From IMG/VR virus record IMGVR_UViG_3300037067_018877, positions 5,958-69,957 of that record: a stretch of DNA of 64,000 nt; one strand, given 5' to 3'. The DNA is from a virus (Duplodnaviria > Caudoviricetes). The notes under the pieces are model-generated. The model made no database searches and was not told where the DNA came from. It saw only the letters and a list, made by a program, of their open reading frames with translations. Of this stretch, positions 53,260-60,458 are shown piece by piece. Made by a program: the position numbers and the translations under genes. Each line of letters opens with the position of its first letter. Positions within the stretch are counted from its first letter, which is position 1.

Positions 53260-53542
53260 GGCTTTTCTCCAAGTCCTGAAGGGACGATCGGCAGGCGCGG
53301 AGAATGTCATACCCCTGTTCCTCGTCCATATCAGCCGCGCAGATCGCCACTGCGGCAAGAAGTCCTTGGAGTTTGCACCGACGACAGCGAACGCGGGCAT
53401 TCACGAACCGGACCAGAACCCGTTCCGCGCCATCCTTTCCAGACTCAAGAGGGATCTGCAGATGCGGGAGGTAATCGCCCTCGGCGTTGGTCGGCGCCGG
53501 AGCCCCGCAGAGGATGCATTTCAGTTGACCGTTCTGACCCAT
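53246..53542 (-). CDS. small Zn-binding protein
   Basis: CILC...CRRC. Confidence 0.5.
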   Translation of the reverse strand: MGQNGQLKCILCGAPAPTNAEGDYLPHLQIPLESGKDGAERVLVRFVNARVRCRRCKLQGLLAAVAICAADMDEEQGYDILRACRSSLQDLEKSHEST

Positions 53543-54360
53543 TGTCCGGCGACCTCCTTGCGCTTGTACTTCGCAGTGGAGGGCGTGTAGTCCACGCGGC
53601 CGAGCGAGGCGTGAGCTTCTCGCACGGCCTGGACCATCTGGGCGAACTGCTGCGGGTCGAGCGAGAACGCGACGTCGAATCCGTCCTCGTCGATCTTGAA
53701 GTGCTTTTCGATGAGGCTCGCCCCGAGAGAGACCGCGACCACGGGGCAGACTATGCCCGTCGTGTGGTCCGACAGTCCCACGGGACATCCGAACCGGCTC
53801 GCCATGTCGGGGATTGTGACGAGATTCATCGCATCCGGCGGGGCCGGATACTGCGATACGCACTTGAGCAGCGACACGTTCTTCCTTGCGAAGTAAGAAA
53901 CCGCCGCCCCGATCTCGTTTAAGGTAGCTGTTCCGGTGGACAGAATAACAGGCTTTCCAACGGATGCAAGCGCTTCGAGCAGATTTTTATAGCCGATCTC
54001 AAAACTGGAGACCTTGTACCGCTCGATGCCGTACGATTCGGCGACCGGGATCATGGCCGGATGGAAGACCGACGCGACGAACGCAAGTCCCAGGGACTCC
54101 GCCAGTTGCATCAACTCCGGCGTCCATTCGAGGGGCATGGCGGCTCGGGAGTAGAGGTCCCAGAGCGACGTGCCGGCCCAGAGGCCCTCGCGGATGAGAA
54201 ATTTTTCCTCGTCGCTGGGACGTGTCATCTGTTCGGCCGTATAGAGCTGGACCTTGACGGCCGTGGCGCCGCAAGCCGCCGCGGCCTTGATCATCCGGCG
54301 TGTCTTGGCCAAGTCCTTGCCGTGGTTGGCCCCGATTTCGGCGATGATCTCGAGTGTCAT
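53521..54360 (-). CDS. NeuB/PseI-family nonulosonic acid synthase (no C-terminal SAF domain)
   Basis: IIAEIGANH.KD; AVKVQLY; YKVSSFE; PVILSTG; LLKCVSQYP; GLSDHT; IEKHF. Confidence 0.9.
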   Translation of the reverse strand: MTLEIIAEIGANHGKDLAKTRRMIKAAAACGATAVKVQLYTAEQMTRPSDEEKFLIREGLWAGTSLWDLYSRAAMPLEWTPELMQLAESLGLAFVASVFHPAMIPVAESYGIERYKVSSFEIGYKNLLEALASVGKPVILSTGTATLNEIGAAVSYFARKNVSLLKCVSQYPAPPDAMNLVTIPDMASRFGCPVGLSDHTTGIVCPVVAVSLGASLIEKHFKIDEDGFDVAFSLDPQQFAQMVQAVREAHASLGRVDYTPSTAKYKRKEVAGQWVRTVN

Positions 54361-54467
54361 GGAAGCACCCCCTTTCGGTGGCATCATACCCGACGAGGCG
54401 TTGTTGTCCATACCCCAGCGCTGTCAATCCGGTCAATGAGGTCAACGGAGTCGCTCTCCATTTGCGT

Positions 54468-54496
54468 TTGCCGCGGCATCGGACATATGCTATACT
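54468..54496 (+). promoter_or_regulatory. sigma70-type promoter for the lone plus-strand lipoprotein gene
   Basis: TTGCCG(54468-54473)-N17-TATACT(54491-54496). Confidence 0.6.
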
Positions 54497-54537
54497 TTGC
54501 TCGTGAGTGAACGAGCCGATCGTTGGAGGAATGCGCA

Positions 54538-54978
54538 ATGAAGACCGCCTACTGGATCCTGATTCTTTGTCTGGCCGGCTGCGCCGCCCCGGAGCCAAAG
54601 CCCGCCACCCTGGAGATCGATTTCGACGCCCTGGAACGCGCCCTGGAGGCGGACGCCGCCCCCGCTCCGCAGCAGGTCTCTGCGCCGCCGGCGGTGCCCG
54701 AATCGGTCCCCTGGACGCAGGAGGAGCTGCTGGCGATGGCCTTGATCGAGCAGAACCGCCAGATGGCCGCGCTCCAGCGGCAGATGGCGGACGTCCAGCC
54801 GACGGTCTCGCGACAGACGCGACCCCTACCGTACAACGTCCCGATGCCTCTGGACGACGGGCAGGAGCAGTTGGATCGGTGGAATCAGCAGTGGCACAAC
54901 TTCCAGGAAGACTGCGACCGCATTCAACGCCACAACCAGGACGTCCTGCGGCGGCATGGGAATCCGTACGCGCGCTGA
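54538..54978 (+). CDS. lipoprotein (moron-like)
   Basis: MKTAYWILILCLAGC lipobox; GGAGG SD; own promoter; opposite strand to the structural operon. Confidence 0.75.
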   Translation: MKTAYWILILCLAGCAAPEPKPATLEIDFDALERALEADAAPAPQQVSAPPAVPESVPWTQEELLAMALIEQNRQMAALQRQMADVQPTVSRQTRPLPYNVPMPLDDGQEQLDRWNQQWHNFQEDCDRIQRHNQDVLRRHGNPYAR

Positions 54979-54982
54979 CCGA

Positions 54983-55705
54983 TCAGGCCGATCCGGGGAT
55001 CTCGTCGCTGTAGAGGTTGCCCGGCCATTCGTCCAGCCTGTTGTTCTTGTGCTCGTAGTTGTCCAGCCAGCTCTCGTAGCGGCGCGAGTAGTCCGCGGCC
55101 TTCATCAGGGCTCCCTGGACGCCGCCGGACGAGCCGATCGCCCGCCATGCCTGCGCCAGGGCATAGGCGACCAGACCTTCCTCGGCCTCGGATAGATCGC
55201 TGTACCGCGTCGTGTCCGCTGCGGAGAACTCCCTCGGGTAGAAATCGCCGTCAAACCGCAGGTCCTTGTCCCAGTACGCGCAGCCGGACATCGGGACGAT
55301 CTCGATCGAATTGCCCCGGCGGGTCCACCAGCGGGGACGGTATCGCGCGGCGTCGGCGTGGGTCGGGTCGATCCAGTTGGCGTCGAATTCGTCCGTGTGG
55401 ACGAACGCCAGCTTGCGGGAGTCGGCCCCGTCCAGGTAGAAGACGTTCCAGATGTTGGCGACCCCCTGCTCGGTGTAGTCGCCGGCGGTGATATCGCCAA
55501 GGAAATAGCGAAGCGTGTCCGTCACGTCGAGGCTCGTCCTGTTGGAGAAGGTCAGCGCGTGCAGCCCGGGCGCCCTGTCCGCGACGTCCCGCTGGGCCTC
55601 GTTGAACCACACGCGGATCTGGTCCGTCGTGACCAGGACCGTGTCGCCCGTTCGGCCCGAGAGGGCCTGGACCTGGGCCGCCATCGACGCACAGGAAAGA
55701 GCCAT
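54983..55705 (-). CDS. head-tail adaptor (P22 gp4/T7 gp11-like)
   Basis: WFNEAQRDVA...P..W.RRGNSIEIVP...LVAYALAQA; position after capsid genes. Confidence 0.7.
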   Translation of the reverse strand: MALSCASMAAQVQALSGRTGDTVLVTTDQIRVWFNEAQRDVADRAPGLHALTFSNRTSLDVTDTLRYFLGDITAGDYTEQGVANIWNVFYLDGADSRKLAFVHTDEFDANWIDPTHADAARYRPRWWTRRGNSIEIVPMSGCAYWDKDLRFDGDFYPREFSAADTTRYSDLSEAEEGLVAYALAQAWRAIGSSGGVQGALMKAADYSRRYESWLDNYEHKNNRLDEWPGNLYSDEIPGSA

Positions 55706-55787
55706 CGGTCGTCGCCTTTCAAACGGACCCTCCGGAAGACCCGAAGATCTCCCGGAGGGTCGTGGGAAAAAAGTAAGCGGCTCGTTT

Positions 55788-56078
55788 TTACCAGCCGACA
55801 GCCAGGTACGACATCCGGGCGTCTTCGCCGATGTTTCCGCCGGCCCGGACGAACGTCACGGCCCCGTTGCTTGCGTCGCCGACCTTGTAGGCCTGCATCG
55901 TCTGCTGGGGGTCCGTCACGGACGTCAGGTCGGCCTGGGCCAGCGCCATCAGGACCGTGCTCAGGTTCGTCGGCACGTCGCAGGTCGCCGAGCCGGACGA
56001 GAAATCGAACCGGCCCGCGTCGAAGCACATCCCGATCGTCTTGGCGTGTCGCTGGGTTTCCAGATCGAATCCAGCCAT
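55788..56078 (-). CDS. small virion (head fibre/decoration) protein
   Basis: beta-rich; ends SYLAVGW; head gene cluster. Confidence 0.55.
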   Translation of the reverse strand: MAGFDLETQRHAKTIGMCFDAGRFDFSSGSATCDVPTNLSTVLMALAQADLTSVTDPQQTMQAYKVGDASNGAVTFVRAGGNIGEDARMSYLAVGW

Positions 56079-56093
56079 AAACAACTCCTTAAC

Positions 56094-56173
56094 GAAGTTT
56101 CAAGTTGGAAGCTTTCGGTTTGAAGCGGGAGCGAACTCCGACTTCGCACCTGTCACTTCACACTTCAAACTTC
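56094..56173. repeat. imperfect palindrome built of ACTTCAA-like heptamers (REP/STRR-like)
   Basis: GAAGTTTCAAGTTGGAAG ... CTTCACACTTCAAACTTC; intergenic. Confidence 0.5.
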
Positions 56174-56175
56174 TC

Positions 56176-56799
56176 TTACGTGTCGTCGGTGAACGCGAAC
56201 CCGCAGATCATCAGGGTCTGCGTGCCGTCGGCGTTGCCGGGCCAGGAGAGCAGCGCCCCTTCGGTCGTCTCGTGGGCGACCACGCTGGTCAGGGGACCGC
56301 CCCCGACGACGCCGCCGTCCGTCAGGATCCCCGTGACGTCCAGCTCCGTCAGGTCGGCGTTCGGGCAGACGCCGTCCACCCAGACCCAGCCGTACTCGCT
56401 CTTGCCCAGGCTCGTGCACGTGATGGCGACGGGCCCGCAGATCGTGAAGTCCTGGCCGCCCGAGACGTCCTTGGTGAAGGCCGCGGCGCAGTGGATCTTG
56501 GCCGAGCCGCAGGCGGCGATCACGACGGCGCCGGCCGAGATGTCGTCCCCCGACGTGTAGTCGAGGTACTGGCCGTACATCATCGTGTAGAAGCCCTTGT
56601 TGGCCACGTTGCTCCCGCCGGCCCCGACGCTGGAGTCCTGGTAGCACTGGAACTTCGTGCCCGGCGGATACAGCGGCGTGCTCGACCGATTGCCCGCCTG
56701 AGTCGAGTCGAAGCCGTTGGTCGGCGTCGGACCATCGGTCCGGGGATAGCCCGGCCACAGGTCGATCAGATAGAAATCCTCGCATCCCAAAGAACCCAT
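56176..56799 (-). CDS. capsid decoration/cement protein
   Basis: YPPGTKF...YTMMYGQY...YGWVWVDG pattern; follows the capsid gene. Confidence 0.65.
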   Translation of the reverse strand: MGSLGCEDFYLIDLWPGYPRTDGPTPTNGFDSTQAGNRSSTPLYPPGTKFQCYQDSSVGAGGSNVANKGFYTMMYGQYLDYTSGDDISAGAVVIAACGSAKIHCAAAFTKDVSGGQDFTICGPVAITCTSLGKSEYGWVWVDGVCPNADLTELDVTGILTDGGVVGGGPLTSVVAHETTEGALLSWPGNADGTQTLMICGFAFTDDT

Positions 56800-56819
56800 A
56801 TTGATGCTCCTTTCAAAAA

Positions 56820-57296
56820 TTACCCGGCCGGTTTCTCATCCGATCCGGGTCTGTTCACATTTCGCCAGAACATGAGGTAACGAATGGCAGAATCCAGAAT
56901 GTGCGGGTCTTCTTTAGCCGCGCCCAAGGCTCGATTGCACTGGTCGCACAGAAGCCCTCTGATCTGACCCGTTTTGTGATTGTGGTCCACAGAGAGCATC
57001 TTGATCTTGTCTCGGAATGCGGCTGTCTCGGGGTGCCCGCAGATGGCGCACACGCCCCGCTGCTGAAGCAGCTTGGCCTTGTACTCGTCCAGCGTGATGC
57101 CGAAACGATCCCTGAGGGACTGATTCAGAGCCTTCTCTGGATTGGCCTTGCGATAGGCTTTCCGGCCTTCCTCGAAACACGTCTTGCACAGACTGGCGAA
57201 CCCGTCTCGATGTCTGGGTTCCTTCCAGAATTCGGCCGTGGGTTTCCCTTTCCCGCAGCGGCAGCACACCTTGGTTTCTACGCTTGCGTCGCCCAT
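56820..57296 (-). CDS. endonuclease VII-family nuclease
   Basis: FGITLDEY...Q.GVCAIC...LSVDHNHKTGQIRGLLCDQCNRALG. Confidence 0.92.
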   Translation of the reverse strand: MGDASVETKVCCRCGKGKPTAEFWKEPRHRDGFASLCKTCFEEGRKAYRKANPEKALNQSLRDRFGITLDEYKAKLLQQRGVCAICGHPETAAFRDKIKMLSVDHNHKTGQIRGLLCDQCNRALGAAKEDPHILDSAIRYLMFWRNVNRPGSDEKPAG

Positions 57297-57313
57297 GTCA
57301 CTTCTCGGAACTC

Positions 57314-58339
57314 TCAAACAACATTCGTCAGCCACATCGAGCTGTTGGGCTTCCAACAGATAAAATTCCCGGCCCAGAGGATGCGGGCCAGCCAGTAGTC
57401 GTAACCGTTCGTCCGGTCGCCCTGCCACTTGAAGTCGGTGAGCTTGAAGTTGCGTTTCGTGTGGATCCGCAGCTCCCAGTACTGCATGTTCATGATCACG
57501 ACCCACTTCTTCGTCGTGTCCGACTTCTGGAGGTAGGGCACGCTGACGATCTGATGGCCGTCCAGGTCCATCTTGCGGATCCCCTGGCGCTGGTAGTTGG
57601 AGGGTTTGTACCCGCCCACGCGACTCTCCATCTCCGCGGCCAGCTTGTCCCAGAGGGTCGGGCACATGCAGATGTACAGGTCGTCCTCGGACTCCATGTT
57701 GTGGCTGACGCTGGTCTCGTTGATCCACTTGCGGAGGTTGTACAGCGTCAGGTTGACCTGCGTGTCCTGGCTGGACGAGCTGATCGACTCGTTCAGGCCC
57801 GCCGGGTCCGCCCCCTGCCACCAGTCGCGGGTGCCGGAGGAGAACGACCGCGTCAGGCCGCCGTACGTGGCGTCGTGGTCGAGGGCCGAGACGATCGACT
57901 GGAACTTCGTGCCGCTCTCGTCGACCGGGGTGACGGACCCCGAGTTCCAGATCTGGTTGCTCATGCGGATCTTGGCGCCGCGATGGCCCTTCTTGGTCAG
58001 GTGCTTCGAGAGGTTCAGGAGTTGGATCTCCTTGTCGGCGTCGTGGTTCTGCAGCTCGTCGTTCACGTCGTACCGCAGCGGCATCTGGGCCAGCTTGATC
58101 GTGAAGGAGGGCTTTTCCAGGGTGTCGGTCTTGGAGTCGGTCAGCGGCTCGTTGGCGCCGTAGTCCTGGCCCTGGTCGTCGATCTCGGCGGTGTCCACGA
58201 GTTGCTTGATGGACGTGCCGCCCTTGAATGTGATCTGACGCCGGCGCTGGAGTTCCTCCAGGACCGGCAGCTTGTAGAAAATCTGATTCACCAGGGTGCG
58301 GAGAAACAGCTCCCTGGTGGCGTTCGATAGGTCGCTCAT
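57314..58339 (-). CDS. major capsid protein
   Basis: 341 aa after the scaffold gene; LVNQIFYKLPVL...GGTSIKQ...; YGGLTRS; C-terminal RILWAGNFIC..PN. Confidence 0.82.
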   Translation of the reverse strand: MSDLSNATRELFLRTLVNQIFYKLPVLEELQRRRQITFKGGTSIKQLVDTAEIDDQGQDYGANEPLTDSKTDTLEKPSFTIKLAQMPLRYDVNDELQNHDADKEIQLLNLSKHLTKKGHRGAKIRMSNQIWNSGSVTPVDESGTKFQSIVSALDHDATYGGLTRSFSSGTRDWWQGADPAGLNESISSSSQDTQVNLTLYNLRKWINETSVSHNMESEDDLYICMCPTLWDKLAAEMESRVGGYKPSNYQRQGIRKMDLDGHQIVSVPYLQKSDTTKKWVVIMNMQYWELRIHTKRNFKLTDFKWQGDRTNGYDYWLARILWAGNFICWKPNSSMWLTNVV

Positions 58340-58376
58340 TGGACCCCCCATGAATTATGCGGCGCGGGGCCGCAGG

Positions 58377-59246
58377 TTACGACGGGCCCGCGAAGGCCTT
58401 TCGGTTCCACGTGCCCGCCTTCATCTTTTTCTTCATGTCCGCCGCGACCTCATCCAACGTGCCGGGCTTGAACTCATCGGAGTCCTCAAGATCCGTCACG
58501 CTGAGGCCGCGCAGACCCGTGTCGGTTGGAACGGTTTTCTTTTTGGCCGGCGTCTGGGCCGCCTTGTGCTTGCCCGCGACCTCCGCGTAGGCCTTTCGCA
58601 TCAGGCGAAGGCCCTGCACGACGGTCTTCGGGGCGTCCGCTTCGGCGTTGGCGACCATCTCGTCGGCCCGCAGGATCGCGGCGCTGCGAAACCGGGCGCC
58701 GAACTCCTCATCGCAGGCGTTGTAGATCTCCTCCAGCATCTGGTTTCGGGCCGTCTGAGCCCGGTCCGTCTGCTGGCGGCTCTTTTGCTCCTGGATGAAC
58801 GCGGTCATCTCGGCGTTGGTCTGTTCGAGTTTCGCGATCTTGGAGGTCGCCGCCTGAAACGCCTTGACCAGATCGGGGACGTCCGTCGTCTCGGGATCAA
58901 GGTTCGCCAGGTCCTTGTACTCCTTGGTCGTCAGCAGCTCCTTGAGCTGCGACTGGACCTGCTGCATCTCGCCCCGGACGCCGGCCAGCTCTTCGACGAG
59001 CTGCTCCTTCTCGGCGCGGGCCTCGTCCAGGGCCTCGCGCGCCCGACGGGCGTTGGCCCGCTCCTGATCGGCCATCTGCTTGTGCTTGGCGACCTCGTCG
59101 TCCTGTTTGGTCTTGTCCTCGTCGTCGGCCTTCTTGGCCTCCGGCGCAGCAGACCCTTTAGGCTCCTCGTCGCCTTCGGCCGCGGGCGTCTCTTCCAGTT
59201 CGTCCTGATCCTGTTCCAACTCGTCGTGTTCTTTATCAGATCCCAT
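58377..59246 (-). CDS. scaffolding protein
   Basis: acidic N-terminus, long coiled coil; directly upstream of the capsid gene. Confidence 0.75.
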   Translation of the reverse strand: MGSDKEHDELEQDQDELEETPAAEGDEEPKGSAAPEAKKADDEDKTKQDDEVAKHKQMADQERANARRAREALDEARAEKEQLVEELAGVRGEMQQVQSQLKELLTTKEYKDLANLDPETTDVPDLVKAFQAATSKIAKLEQTNAEMTAFIQEQKSRQQTDRAQTARNQMLEEIYNACDEEFGARFRSAAILRADEMVANAEADAPKTVVQGLRLMRKAYAEVAGKHKAAQTPAKKKTVPTDTGLRGLSVTDLEDSDEFKPGTLDEVAADMKKKMKAGTWNRKAFAGPS

Positions 59247-59523
59247 TCCTGAATCCTTTCCCGGTTGCGTTTGAGCCGTTGCGGCTCTTTCCCCGCGAAA
59301 TCGGTTGAACCGCCCCGTCGTGCTGTTTGGTCACGCGACCCTTTAGCCCCGGGGGCGAACTGTTTTTCGAAGCGGGCGCAAAAAGAAAAGGCATTCGGAT
59401 GTTCGGGCACCCGAATGCCTTTGGTTTTCGCCTTGCGTCATCGTCGGACTGGCCGGTCCCTCGATGAACCCGCGATATTCAGTTGTCTTTCGTCACTCGA
59501 TCAATGAGGTCAACCCGGTCCCC

Positions 59524-59727
59524 TCATTTGATCTTGTCACTCCATTTCAGTGCCTTCTCGGCCGTCGCGGTTTCCTTGCGAAACATCTTGGTCGCGGTCG
59601 CCAGGAGTTTTGGATTGCTCTTGATCTCGAAGGCCCGCTTGAGCACACCGGCCGCCTCGCGGACCTCCCACTCGTCGAAGCCGTCGATCTTCTTCGGCTT
59701 GTCTGGGGCACTACAGGTCGCTCTCAT
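59524..59727 (-). CDS. small basic protein ending WSDKIK
   Basis: ATGA-coupled; FDEWEVREAA..L. Confidence 0.6.
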   Translation of the reverse strand: MRATCSAPDKPKKIDGFDEWEVREAAGVLKRAFEIKSNPKLLATATKMFRKETATAEKALKWSDKIK

Positions 59728-59918
59728 TTGATCTTGTCGCTCCAATGGACTTTGGCCCTGGCCTTCTTGCGCTTCTTCCGCTCGGGCAGGCCCTTGGGCG
59801 ACTGGCCGGAGACGAACTCGGCCGCCTTGTCCTTCGTCAGGCCGCCCTTGGGATCGATGCTTCCGTGCGCGATCCCCTGCATCATGCGGAACTGCTTTTT
59901 CGAGACTGCGGGAGACAT
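59724..59918 (-). CDS. small basic phage protein ending WSDKIK
   Basis: MSPAVSKKQFRMMQGIAHG...KGLPERK; AAGGAG SD. Confidence 0.7.
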   Translation of the reverse strand: MSPAVSKKQFRMMQGIAHGSIDPKGGLTKDKAAEFVSGQSPKGLPERKKRKKARAKVHWSDKIK

Positions 59919-60457
59919 CGTATACTCCTTGCAAGCTGTGCCTTTTCGTTCTCTGTCAAACGTCCTTGGTCGAACAGCCTGTGATGATTCGGACACAACG
60001 TAACCGTGTTGCCCTCTTCAAACACGCCACCTTCTGAGGCTGGAACGATGTGAGCCAACTCCACATAACGATCAAATCCACAGATGACACACGTCTGCTG
60101 CTTCAAGCGAATGATCCGCTTCCTGCGGGCCGAATAGGATTCTCCCTCGGGAGTTCTGTAACCATATCGGTTCAGAGCACTCGTGATGGTGATCGTTGAG
60201 ACCCCGTAATACGTCGCAAGCTCCTTCGTCGTGAACCCCGCGGCTTTCAACTCAAGAAGATCGTGATATTTCGACTGGGTCTTGCGAGACTTCCTCTGAC
60301 ACGCCTGGGAGCAGTACTTGCAGGCCCGTATATGGGTGCTGGCTTCTCTAACCTCGAACTCCGTACCGCACTCAACACAAGTCCTCTTGACACACGGCGT
60401 TTCGTTCCACGTCGTACGCCCCTTTTGGAAGCTCGTGCTATTCGCATGGTGCGGCAT
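59882..60457 (-). CDS. HNH endonuclease with Zn-finger/HTH N-terminus
   Basis: CVICG...ELAHIVP...N.VTLCPNHH..FD; lower GC than flanks. Confidence 0.88.
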   Translation of the reverse strand: MPHHANSTSFQKGRTTWNETPCVKRTCVECGTEFEVREASTHIRACKYCSQACQRKSRKTQSKYHDLLELKAAGFTTKELATYYGVSTITITSALNRYGYRTPEGESYSARRKRIIRLKQQTCVICGFDRYVELAHIVPASEGGVFEEGNTVTLCPNHHRLFDQGRLTENEKAQLARSIRCLPQSRKSSSA

Positions 60458-60458
60458 G

